Source: the human T2T-CHM13v2.0 reference genome, Homo sapiens
Direction: 5' to 3' (one strand)
DNA: 64,000 nucleotides
Assembly (NCBI RefSeq): GCF_009914755.1
Contig: NC_060931.1
Within the stretch, counting starts at the first letter, position 1. Each line of letters opens with the position of its first letter. Below, one piece after another: positions 51,125-63,859 of the stretch. The position numbers and the translations under genes were made by a program. The notes beneath the pieces were generated by a model that searched no databases, had not been told where the DNA came from, and saw nothing but the letters and a program-made list of their open reading frames with translations.

Positions 51125-51884
51125 TAAAGAACACTCAGAAAATATTTCAAGGTAAACCCAGAAGGTTGTGTAGGTGTTGGCCAGGTAAAGAGTAGGGAGA
51201 GAGAATATCTCAGAGAGCAGACACAGCGCAATGAAGGCCCAAATAGGAAAGCTGATTGGCATATTTAAGGAGCAGAAAGGAGGACAATGGACAGAAATAC
51301 AGGGAGTGAAGAAAAAAATTATGTTAGATGAGCCTAGGAGGTATGTAGGGTCCAAAATATGTGGGGCCTTATAGTTCAATGGAAGAATTTTGAAAACATT
51401 TTACACTTCATATGATATTTAATTAGACATTCATGTTAGTGGAAGCTCCACTTTGATAATCTAAATTTGAGGCCCTTGATGGAGTTTTTCTGAGCTAGAC
51501 GTATCGCCCTGGTTTCCAGGTATGAAATCTGAGCTGAAGGGAGAGATTTCAGGATCATAAGCTGTAGGAGTAGATGAGCTTATGTGTGCAGTAGAAAGGT
51601 TAAGGCTAAGACTATGGGTACAGAAGGGTGAGTCAGCAAAGGAGATGGTGGTACATTCAGAGAAAAAGGAGGTGAATCAGAGAGACAAGAGAAAGTAATG
51701 GTTAAGAGATGTCAAATATCTGATAAAGATCCATGTGGTTTGCAATTAGAAGGTCTTACTGATAGCAGGTTTATAACTTGATTCAGATAGAACCTAGATC
51801 ACAGTGGTTTCATGACTACACCTATGGTGAATAACCAGAGACAATGAATAGAAACATCTTTTTAAAGAAGCCTTGCTACAAGAC

Positions 51885-53990
51885 TTGCTCTTCTGGCCAA
51901 GATGAAGAAACAGGAACTGGATTTACCCTCCCTGCTGAAACAACTAAAACACTAGACAAAAATAGATGAAACAACACTTAAAACATTGGACATCAGTAAA
52001 GGACAGTAATATCTTAGAGATAGAAAACAAATGACAAGAGCCATACAATGGTCCCAGATCACTGCCTGATATGGTTTGGCTGTGTCCTCACCCAAATCCC
52101 ATCTTGAATTGTAGTTTCCTTAATCCCCACGTGTTGTGGGAGGGACCTGGTGTGAGATAATTGAATCATGGGGGCAGTTACCTACATGCTGCTGTTCTCA
52201 TGATAGTGAGTGAATTCTCACAAGATCTGATGGTTTTATAAAAGGTTTTTTCCCCTTTGCTCGCCACTTCTCTCTCCAGCTGCAATATGAAGAAGGACGT
52301 GTTTGCTTCCCCTTCCACCATAATTGTAAGTTTCCTGAGGGCTCTCCAGCCATACAGAACTGTGAGTCAATTAAACCTCTTTCCTTTATAAATTACCCAG
52401 TCTTGGATATTTCTTCATAGCAGCATGAGAATACACTGCCTGAAGGAGTCATCCAGGCTACAGTGCAGAAGGAAGGAATTGAATCATCCTGGCCAAGGAG
52501 CTGGGGCTGGAAGTGTAGGGAGCCAGGGCAGCTAGTGTCCACAGGAAGATTATCAGGTAAAAGAAAGAATACTCTGAAAGTCTGAAGGGTGTCCCCCTTG
52601 AGGATTTAGTTGATTATTGATCAGATTATACACAAGAACAAACCACCTGAGACCAGGAAAAGAACTACACAAAAAGATAAGGGTAAACTGTGTCTGATGC
52701 TGACCAAGGGCTGGGAATAGTGTCTATCTGAACAGCCAGAGGGGAGAGCTGTGCAATTTGAGGTGTGCGTGTTGGGGGGAAGTCAGTTACCAGTTAAAGT
52801 AAAAAGAAGGAATTTTGCCTCAAAGTGTGGAAAGAGTAAACCTAGTCTAAAACCAGCTCTGGTCCCACCTAACAAAACTCACATCCAAGACCTGAATGGA
52901 TAAAACTGTCTTTAAATTTTTAATTGTCTCAGAACAAGCTCAAGAACAGTCATAGAAAGACAAAAAAACAAATAACAAGGTAAAATCCACAATATCTGAC
53001 ATCCTATCAAAAATTATCAGGCACACAAAGAAGAAGAAAAATATAAGCCATAATGTGGAGAAAAATCAATCAACCCAAAGTATACAAAAATCACACAGAT
53101 GTTAGTAGTACAAAAGTTATTATTAATGTATATTCAAGAAGCTAGAGAGAAGAGTGGACACATTTAGATACGGAAGATATAAAAAAGATTCATTGCTTTA
53201 TATTGTCCTGTAACTTAAAAAAAAGATTCAAGTTGAAACTCTAGAGATGAAAGCTACCAGGTATAAGGTGCAAAATACACTGGATAGGATTGGCAGTAAT
53301 CAGATATTACAGAAGAAAACATTAGTGAACTCACAGACATAGCAATAGAGACTATCCAAAATAAAATATGAAGGAAAAAATGAGCAAAACAGAAGCAAAA
53401 ACAGATCACCAACAAACTGTGGGCCAATATACACTCACCGTCTGACTCAGCCATTCTGGTTTTAAGTATTTTCCAAGAGAATTAAAGGCTTTATGTCCAT
53501 ACAAAGACTTGCATATGAATGTCAAGGCAGCTTTATTCGTAAAAGTTTCAAGTGAAAATAACCAAAAATTCATGAGCAGTAGAATTGATTAAAAATTTTG
53601 AAGTATATCATATAATGAAATACTGCCCAGCAATAAAAAAGAATAAACTATTGCTACATTTAACAATGTGAGTGGATTCAAAAATAATGATGCTAAGTGA
53701 AAGAAGTCAGACAAAGAGTACCTACCGTGGAACTATATTTATGTGCAATTCTAGAAAACGCAAACAAATCTCTAGTGATAGCAGATCAATGGAGGAGGGG
53801 GTGAGGAAGAGGCAAAAGGAAGGAATTACAAAGGTACATGTGGAAATTTGGGGAAGTGATGTATAATCTTCATTTTCTTGGTTTCAGTGATGGCTTCCTG
53901 AGCATATAACACACATGCATATGTGTAAGAATATATCCAATTGAATATTTTACACATTTGTAGCTTTGTATATATTCAGCAGTATCTATT
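51885..53990 (+). mobile_element. Old L1M (L1MD-like) fragments
   Basis: gctcttctggccaagatgaagaaacaggaactggatttaccctc 5' motif; 3' end motifs at 53430-53960. Confidence 0.65.
52067..52435 (+). mobile_element. THE1D MaLR solo LTR
   Basis: TGATATGGTTTGGCTGTGTCC...AATACA; 5-bp TSD CTGCC (52062-52066, 52436-52440). Confidence 0.9.
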
Positions 53991-56058
53991 CATTCCTTCT
54001 GCTTCTTTACCTTAGGTTTAGTCATGAAACCACTGGGTTTCATGTGGTCCAGGTTCTATCTGAATCAAGCTATGAACCTGCTATCAGTAAGACCTCCTAA
54101 TTGCAAACCACATGGACCTTTACCGGTTATTTGACTTCTCTCGGTCATTACCTTCTCTAGTCTCCACTGATTCACCTCCTTTTGAATCTCAACAAGCTCA
54201 ATAGTATCTCAATGTTATCTTAACAAAGCTGTTAGAAATAAACAACTTGACTTTGAAACAAAGGAGAGAAATGGCTCAGCAGCTAGGAGAAGATGCAGGG
54301 TTGAGTTGCCAACAGTTGGTTTTGTTTGTATTTTGGCCAGGGGATGTGGCTTGGACTGGAGAGAAAGGAGATAAGGATGTAAACACATGTAGGGCATATC
54401 ACCCCCTATTTTTTATTCTCTGAATCCTTAACCCTCAGAATAAGTTCTTATTCTTGAGAATCAATGACATTATCTTAAGCTAAATTAATCAAGCCTCCAC
54501 AGTGTTCTTCTCTCAATAGTGGTGTGGGCCTTCCTAGAAGTAATTTTTCCCAAATTCAGTGATACATTTTAAGTTCAGATTTTAATTGATATGAATCTGT
54601 GATACACTCTAAAATAAGATTATTTTATTGAAAAGTGGACTGTAACTTTCCCTTTATCTAGGAAGAGCTCTAAGTTAGAAGATGTTTTGCACTTTTACCG
54701 AAGGCTGTGTCTTGTAAGCACCCCCGAGCAACTCTGAGAGCCTTGATTTTTGTGTCCTCAGCATATGTTTGTGTAATACAGAAAGAGAAGCAGTTGCCAA
54801 GTGAAAGGGATGTTGGTCTCCAAAATTATAGTTTGATCCCACAAACACACAAACACATACATGCAAAGGATTGTTTGCTTCACGGTTTTTGATATTTAAT
54901 TCAATGCTGTTGGAACAGCACAAAAACTAAGTGTCAGTTTAACAGAATCACTTGTCCTTTTAGCATTAAAATAACATGGAACTTAATGCTTTAATTTCCC
55001 AACATGCCTTTTTATTTAGAAAGATTCAGACTTTTATTTCATTTAGAAATAAAATGCCATTTTATTTAGAAAGATACAGGAGCATTCATTCACGGAACTT
55101 TCAGATCTCAGTCCACTGCATAAAATCTTGATCCTGTAATAATAGTTTCTGTATCTTGCATATTCATTCAACAGGTTTAACGCGATGAGCAAATTAATGT
55201 TCATCGTTTTTAACATGTTTCATCTTAATCAGAACCCACATTCTCAACGTTAATTGAACGTACATAGGACTATACAAGGGTTAGTAAATAAGACAGAAAC
55301 TGTTGCTCATTTAACCACCGTCACTTTGGACCAAAAAAGAAAAAATATATATTTTTAAAATTGAGCTTAAAAGAGTCTCTAGAAGCTGGAAGCGTGGCTC
55401 TTTTTCAGCAAACTGGGGGAATAGGTTTACCGTGTTCCCCCTCTGGGGAATTTTGAGTCGCCACACTCATGTCTCGACCGAGCCTGGCTCGCTGCGTCTG
55501 AGCGAGTACTTGAGGAAGGCTGATCTAGAAAAACCAGCTGAGAGAAGGGGCAGAAGCCCCTGAAACCACGGGCGGGGGTGGGGTGGGGAGCGCAGCTTTG
55601 GGACCCTCTAGCCGGAGACTTCCGGCAGCTGCCTCCGACTTGTTCTAAGTACAGGAAAAATCTGTGCGCCCAGTTGCCTCACTCCAACAGCGCGCAGTTG
55701 TGCCCGGCGAGGATGCCGCGCTAGTCGTGGAGATGCCCCACCACAAAGAGGATTCAGGTGCTTCCTACTCCGGCACCCAGTGGGCTGGTAGTCCTGTTGG
55801 CAGGAGACAAGAATCGTCTGGGCTGCTCCTATCTCTGGCAGGACTAGACGGGGCGTGAAGGAAAGAAGGAAAGAAGGAAAGCAGGGATCGGGCACTGCCC
55901 GAGGGCAGATACTTGGGCTTTGGTGTTGTCCAGCGCGCTCGGAGTGCGCTGCCTCGCTCACGCGGTCCCAGGCCCCGCTTCTTCAGGCAGTGCCTGGGGC
56001 GGGAGGGTTGGGGTGTGGGTGGCTCCCTAAGTCGACACTCGTGCGGCTGCGGTTCCAG

Positions 56059-56159
56059 CCCCCTCCCCCCGCCACTCAGGGGCGGGAAGTGGCGGGTGGG
56101 AGTCACCCAAGCGTGACTGCCCGAGGCCCCTCCTGCCGCGGCGAGGAAGCTCCATAAAA
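56059..56159 (+). promoter_or_regulatory. NPY: NPY core promoter: CCCCTCC elements, GC box, AP-1-like palindrome, TATA-like CATAAAA
   Basis: GGGGCGGGA 56079-56087; AGTCAC..GTGACT 56101-56118; CCCCTCC 56127-56133; ATAAAA 56154-56159, about 30 nt before the expected TSS. Confidence 0.85.
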
Positions 56160-56183
56160 GCCCTGTCGCGACCCGCTCTCTGC

Positions 56184-56269
56184 ACCCCATCCGCTGGCTC
56201 TCACCCCTCGGAGACGCTCGCCCGACAGCATAGTACTTGCCGCCCAGCCACGCCCGCGCGCCAGCCACC
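56184..56269 (+). other. NPY: NPY exon 1 (5'UTR, non-coding)
   Basis: Begins ACCCCATCCGCTGG as in the known mRNA (TSS within a few nt); ends GCCACC followed by donor GTGAGT at 56270. Confidence 0.9.
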
Positions 56270-57141
56270 GTGAGTGCTACGACCCGTCTGTCTAGGGGTG
56301 GGAGCGAACGGGGCGCCCGCGAACTTGCTAGAGACGCAGCCTCCCGCTCTGTGGAGCCCTGGGTCCCTGGGATGATCGCGCTCCACTCCCCAGCGGACTA
56401 TGCCGGCTCCGCGCCCCGACGCGGACCAGCCCTCTTGGCGGCTAAATTCCACTTGTTCCTCTGCTCCCCTCTGATTGTCCACGGCCCTTCTCCCGGGCCC
56501 TTCCCGCTGGGCGGTTCTTCTGAGTTACCTTTTAGCAGATATGGAGGGAGAACCCGGGACCGCTATCCCAAGGCAGCTGGCGGTCTCCCTGCGGGTCGCC
56601 GCCTTGAGGCCCAGGAAGCGGTGCGCGGTAGGAAGGTTTCCCCGGCAGCGCCATCGAGTGAGGAATCCCTGGAGCTCTAGAGCCCCGCGCCCTGCCACCT
56701 CCCTGGATTCTTGGGCTCCAAATCTCTTTGGAGCAATTCTGGCCCAGGGAGCAATTCTCTTTCCCCTTCCCCACCGCAGTCGTCACCCCGAGGTGATCTC
56801 TGCTGTCAGCGTTGATCCCCTGAAGCTAGGCAGACCAGAAGTAACAGAGAAGAAACTTTTCTTCCCAGACAAGAGTTTGGGCAAGAAGGGAGAAAAGTGA
56901 CCCAGCAGGAAGAACTTCCAATTCGGTTTTGAATGCTAAACTGGCGGGGCCCCCACCTTGCACTCTCGCCGCGCGCTTCTTGGTCCCTGAGACTTCGAAC
57001 GAAGTTGCGCGAAGTTTTCAGGTGGAGCAGAGGGGCAGGTCCCGACCGGACGGCGCCCGGAGCCCGCAAGGTGGTGCTAGCCACTCCTGGGTTCTCTCTG
57101 CGGGACTGGGACGAGAGCGGATTGGGGGTCGCGGGTGGTAG

Positions 57142-57489
<348 letters not shown>

Positions 57490-59588
57490 TAGGGAAAGGG
57501 ATTGTTTCTTTTCCTTCGCTCTATCCCAGGGCAGGACAGTATCAGGCACTTAGTCAGCTCTAGGTAAATGTTTGTACAGGGCACACTCTACACAAAATGG
57601 GTACCTTCCATTTTGTGCAACTACAGTCACAGAGTCGTGATCCCCAGATTCAGGTTCCCCAGGCTGGTAGGCTGGCAATCTCCTCTCACTCACCTCTTAT
57701 GGTTTGTTGTGGTTCTTACGGCAGTGGGGCCCGGTCCAGAAATCTCGAAAGTACCCAGTGAAAGGGGCAAGAATGCGCCAGAGAAATGCTGTAGGGGGAA
57801 ACGCTAGCAAGGTGTCTAGGAGAAACAGAACGACCACCAAAGAAAACCAAACCAAGGAGTAAACTGCAGGGTTGCCACAGACATTGTCAGACTTTCCGGC
57901 CTGCCCAGGGCTAATTGAATGACAGTATTTAGAAAAAGACAAATAGAGCTATTTTCTTTTCTTCTTCACTGTGTTTTTTTTGCAGTCTCACTCCCATATT
58001 TGAAAATTCTAGTCCCAATAATTAGAGATTTAGCCTGAAAACAGTTTATCTAAAATGCAGAGGTCTCCCTATTTTATAGCTGGTGAATTCTGAAAAGAAA
58101 GTGCCCACTTGGTATTTCATTAAGAAGAAACTTACGTTGGTCCAGTAACTTTAGGATGAATTCAGGGATTACATGGAATCTGAGAAATTGTAAACTTTAT
58201 TCTGAACATTCCGAAAGTCAAAATGAAATGCCATATTTTCACTCTCAACATTGACAATTAAGGGAAAAATCAAATCCAAACTATTTTACAAATTACATAG
58301 GATTTAAATTTTGTTTTCAAAATTGGTTGATCTTAGTTCTAAATCATTTAATATCTTATTTTAATTACTGAGATTAAATGATTTTAGTCATTTGACCGTA
58401 TCTAAAGGATAAGCCCTTTAGAAGCATTAATGTTAGTTAACATGTTTAAATTATATGTTTAAAGTATTGTGGGGTTTATATATTTATTTATTTAGTCCAT
58501 ATTTTTACTGTTTACAAGTCAGGGAGTAGTTGGAAAGGATCCAAAAGGGGGGAAGATTTATACTTTTAAAATAAAGTTTGCTTTTTCCTGTTTCATCAAA
58601 AAGGTATTTAACATCCTAAAACACTTTTGAAAAAGCCCCAATTTATATAGAATCTGAAAAACATGAAAATGCCAGAATTAAATAGTAGTTGTTTGTGATC
58701 CCTTGAAATCTGATCATTTTAATTAGCAAAAAGCAATAATATTTTATATTCCATACTTCCCAGAAAGTTAATTGATTCAAATTCTTGCTATGTTATGCCG
58801 TCATGCAGATCAAAGAGAACTTGTACAAACAAAAAGATATTAACTGTTTTTTCTAGAAAAACCTTTGTTAGTTATTTAGCTATAGCATAATACACAGTAG
58901 AACTCATTTTTCCGAAGATGATTGCCATAAAGCTTTACCATTTTACAAAGCTCTAGCATTTTAAAATGTTTTCCTAGGCATTCTCTCATTCAGTCGTTAC
59001 CTCAAAGCTTTGAAGGGAGTATAATTATCTTCATTTCACAAATCATGAAGCTAATGACATTTCATGGAAGCTATTTTTATAGGAATTATGGAATTGGAGC
59101 CCTCCTTTGAGTGTCTTTGGATGTTGTCACCACCATCAACAGGCAGTGTTATCTCCAACATGTTTGATGAGAAAAAAACATAAAGGAAAGGGACTTGGGT
59201 TTCATGGCAAGAGATTCAGCTTAGATGGGAATGAGCTGGTCTCTGAGGCAGAGTTTCCTGTCTCATCTTTGTATAAACTCCTTCTTAGAAACCAGCAGAG
59301 GCTCTTAATGTACGTCCATCTTCTCCTTCCCACCACAGACACCCACTCCTATGTGTGTTTCTGAAAATTACAGGGTCATTTGTGGATGTGCTTTAATTTA
59401 GTATAGATATAATCTGATATCATTATCTTTCTTTCCCCCCGCCCCCCGCCACCAGCATTCCCCCTGCACTCAATTTGTGCTTATATTCCTTTTGCTGTAT
59501 ATATACCCCTGGCTCATTGCTTCTGGAAGCTGCATTACTTATTCTAGAGTGTGGGTCTCCTACAATTTATTTATATAGCCCCCTAAAT

Positions 59589-59784
59589 CAGTGGTTCTCA
59601 ACTGGGGGTGATTTTATGCTCCCCAGGTGTGATTTGGCAGTGTCTGGAGACATTTTTGGTTTTCACAACTGGAGGTGGGCACTGCTGGTACCTAGGTGTA
59701 TAGATGCCAAGGAGGCTGCTAAATATCCTACCATGCCCAGGACAGCCCCCATTACACAGAATAGCCAGTTCCAGAGAAACTCAG
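59589..59784 (+). mobile_element. MER20 in NPY intron 2
   Basis: cagtggttctcaactgggggtgatttt...gtctggagacatttttgg. Confidence 0.85.
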
Positions 59785-59792
59785 CCTTAGAT

Positions 59793-59970
59793 TAGTGTTT
59801 CTCCTTCCTGGCTGCACATTAAAATTATCAGGGGAGCTTTTAAAATACACTGATGCTGGGATCCACCCCTGACCAATTAAATCAGACCCTCTGGGATGGG
59901 ACCTGGGCTTTAGAGTGTGTTTTTAACACTCCCCAGGTGATTCTAATGTGCAGCCAGGTTTGAGAATCTT
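59793..59970. mobile_element. MER5A in NPY intron 2, abutting MER20
   Basis: ggctgcacattaaaattatcaggggagcttttaaaa...ccccaggtgattctaatgtgcagcc. Confidence 0.85.
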
Positions 59971-61417
59971 TACTCTAAGGACTCAATCTTTGAAAGTTAC
60001 AGCATTGTAGAGGGGAAGGATGATCCAGAATTAATTAAAGAAGGAAGAAGAGTGAACAGTACTGAACTGGATGCAAGATTATGACTGTGCAAATCCTCCT
60101 ATTTCAGATTTAGGTTCTTTACTGGTAAATTGGATAAAAAGTTGGCAGTTCTTTTACTCACTGGAGCATGATGAAGATAAATGAGTTACGGTTGCCCTAG
60201 ACTTTTACGATTAGTAAAACCAATGGATGGACAGAATAAATAAGTATAAGCAGACGCCTATAGTCTAATATCGCAACTCCAGAAAATCTTTGAGGAAATC
60301 TCACACATGATGGGAGTGGGACAGGGAGTTGTTTTGTTTTTGCTTCCCTTGAGTCTCAGCAAAAGAACAGTCATAGAAAATATTTCCAAAAAATTTAGAT
60401 ATAATTTTGCTTGGCAATTAGAATATACCCTCTGTCAGCTTTGTTCAGTTGTTGGACCTATTAACCAATCCATACCAGACTAATTTATTTCTAAACAAAG
60501 TGGCGAATGGTGTCCAATGCCTTTTCTGAGAAAGAGAAAAATGGCCTCTTCAAAAGACGCAATTTGGTATAGACTTGTCTGGCCGTTTTGTAGTGTTCTG
60601 GAGTGGGGAGCATATACTACCCTCACAGGTAAACGAAACCTTACCTGTATGTATTGTCTCACCCATATCCTGCTACAGGAGAAAAAAAAAAAAAAAAAAA
60701 AAAGAACATTTCCATGGATCAGTTAGATTCCTTTAGACTTACAGGGAGGCTAAAATCACAGCATTAGGAAAGACTTTAGCATTTGGCACCTTGAATGAAT
60801 ATGGAAAATATAAGACCCAGGGTCTGTTGGTAGCCAGAAGAATGGATGCATTTCAACAGCAGTAATTTGCATGCGTGTATCACTTTGTCACTTTGAAAGC
60901 ATTGTGACTCACATTTCACACTGGATGTTCACAAAGACTCTGATTTAAGCAGGGGTTGTTTTACAAACGAGAAAATTGGGATTCAAAGACACAGGTGGGT
61001 CTTGGACGGCAATCTGCTGATTTTTTTTTTCTAGGACTGTCTTTGAAATATCATCTGGTCTCCTTGTTAAGATTTAAACTGCTGTGTATCATCAGAACAA
61101 TAGCCAATTAACTAATTGTGGAAACATTTACAATCATGCTTCCATGTTTTCAAATTTCCTGTCACCTAGTTATAAAAGTATGTATCTCTATACATATTAT
61201 TTGTGGTTGTTTAAGAAGGCAGGAATTTGACTAGGAATTTTGGTTCGGTTTAAATAACCTCCTAGATTATTTATTATTTGAGCAAAGTTTAAATATATAT
61301 ACAAATAATTTGAAATAATATTTATGATAATGTTTCGATAATATATGCTTCATACACCTAGCTTGCTTGTTACAGAGAACACCTGACAATAATGTTTAGT
61401 TTTCATATCCCAAATAG

Positions 61418-61672
<255 letters not shown>

Positions 61673-62752
61673 TAGACTAGGGGAGATTTCGGCAGAAATG
61701 AGGATGAAGAAGCAGGCAGAGGAGACCTCTCTTTTCATGTACTCATTGTCAAATCTCTAAACTTCTGTGGAATAACATTTTTTTAGCTCAGGTTATTTGG
61801 TGCTCCTTTGACGATTTTAAAAATAATTGACTTTTAACTTAGAAATTATATAGAATTTCTAACATTGTTGGAGTCAGGGGAGCATAGAGTGAGTCCCTGA
61901 CTCTAAATTGAAATGACCAACTGTCCATCTCTGGCTGGGAAGATCTGTAGATTTTATATATGTGGAGTGTCCAGATGTCCTAGGAAATGTCCCATGTGGT
62001 TTTTACTCCAACTTTCCCAGTTTTACATGAAGCTGTAGGTAAATTAGGTGCTCTGGATTACTTTTTGACATATTTTAATTCAACTTGTGTCATATAGTGA
62101 TTTATTACATTCAACGAATGCACGTTGAATGACAGTATTCTTAGGAGTTTATCTGTAGTCTCAGGACTTTCTTGCAGTTTGGGTCTGTCTTGGAAAGAGG
62201 TGCCCACCAATGTCTAAGTGTTAAACATTGAGCTAAGGTTTTCTGGTGCCTCCTGGACAAGGAGTGCTGCTGAAGAGGAGCCTGGTCCTCTTCCATCTTC
62301 ATAACCTCCTGACTCTTCAGTCCTTGCTTCCTGTCTCTAACCACAGTAAGATCATAGTTCACAGGGTCCACCCACGTCTGTGGCAGCTTGGCTGCCTTAA
62401 ACCAAGTTCTACAATGTCAAGAACCAAGTTCCCCAGAAGAGGTCACTAGAACACTTGCTCAGTGAGTGTGACTGACGTGGCTCTCCATCAAGTTCTCCCT
62501 AGAGACTCAGCAGGGTGACCCGCTGGGCCACCCACCTTCCCTTCTAACCTCCCTCAGTTCTCTTGTAAAATGGCCAGCCAGCACGAAGGGTGGTAGTATA
62601 GAGTTGTGAGATTTGTTTTCTCTAAAGGGAACAACGATTTGAACTGAGATAAAACTCCAGTGCTCCTGTCCCTGGAGGAACCAGCCCAGACTTAAATAGC
62701 AAATGCAAGGGAAACAGGCAGAAAATTTGTAAGGGTTATCTTTTTTTAATTA

Positions 62753-62804
62753 AATAATAATAATAATAATAATAATAATTATTATTATTATTATTATTAT
62801 TATT
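62753..62804. repeat. Perfect 52-bp palindromic microsatellite (AAT)8AATT(ATT)8
   Basis: Counted directly from the sequence. Confidence 0.95.
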
Positions 62805-62953
62805 CAGAGACAAGGTCTCCTTCTGTCACTCAGGCCAGAGCACAGTGGTGCAATCAAAGATCACTGCAGCCTCGAGCTCCCAGCCTCAAGAGATCCTCCC
62901 TCCTCAGCCTGCCCAAGTGCTAGGATTACAGTTGTGAGCCATAATGCCTGGCC
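62805..62953 (-). mobile_element. Monomeric Alu (FRAM/AluJ-like) in NPY intron 3
   Basis: About 150-bp single arm; TSD AGGGTT(A/G)TCTTT at 62732-62743 and 62954-62965. Confidence 0.85.
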
Positions 62954-63676
62954 AGGGTTGTCTTTAACACTAAGCAGTAAATGTCTTTCCATGTTTCACT
63001 GACATGCATATGATGTTTGCCACAGTAAAAAGTTTAGGGTAGACTATATCGACTTACTGTTAGAAAAATAACAACGCAGACCTACTTAGAACCTTGGTTT
63101 TTGTCTTTGTTTTGTGGCCCAAGGTCACACAGTTAGTGCATGAAGTAAAATTAATTGCACCCTGATTGACAGACTCCATCAGGTGCAGTTAGAAGGAGAC
63201 AAAACTTGACAGTCTTGAAGTTGCCTATGAGTGCTATTTTATTAAAAAGGTCTTATTATAGTCTAATAAGTAGCATCTTACTACATAATAAAGCTGGCAG
63301 GAAAAGGAAGCATATTTAGAGTTGAGGAACAATAACTTTCCTGTCACAGCTTCATGTGATTTCTGTAATTTTGATTTTCAAAAGATCGGGGTGTTCTTCG
63401 GCTCCTTTGATACATACAGAGCCTTTCAAATGCTCTCTCTGATGTTTGCCCAAGACGCCTGTCAACATCGTGGAATGCTGCTCAGCTGGGGCTGTGCATA
63501 TTGTGCCTCCGCCTCACGATCTGATATTCCACATGGCTTCTTATTTAGAATGCCAACAGGAAACTTTTCAACAGTTCCCGGTCATCTTTCACTTCAGATC
63601 TAAATGTCTCACCCTTGCTCATACCTCAGGAAGTTGGGCAGCTTTCCTTACATGCTTTGCTTCTTATGTTTTACAG

Positions 63677-63701
63677 GCTTGAAGACCCTGCAATGTGGTG
63701 A
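63677..63701 (+). CDS. NPY: Prepro-NPY exon 4 coding part: (R)LEDPAMW-stop
   Basis: ttttacag|G CTT GAA GAC CCT GCA ATG TGG TGA; total CDS 188+81+25=294 nt = 97 aa + stop. Confidence 0.99.
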
Positions 63702-63853
63702 TGGGAAATGAGACTTGCTCTCTGGCCTTTTCCTATTTTCAGCCCATATTTCATCGTGTAAAACGAGAATCCACCCATCCTACCAATGCATGCAGCCACT
63801 GTGCTGAATTCTGCAATGTTTTCCTTTGTCATCATTGTATATATGTGTGTTTA

Positions 63854-63859
63854 AATAAA
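63854..63859 (+). terminator. NPY: NPY polyadenylation signal AATAAA (cleavage about 63872)
   Basis: AATAAA about 150 nt after the stop codon, followed by CA about 13 nt later. Confidence 0.9.

Noticed and set aside
57591-57617. 10-bp stem hairpin CACAAAATGG/CCATTTTGTG in intron 2
   Set aside because: Too short for a miRNA precursor; plausible by chance
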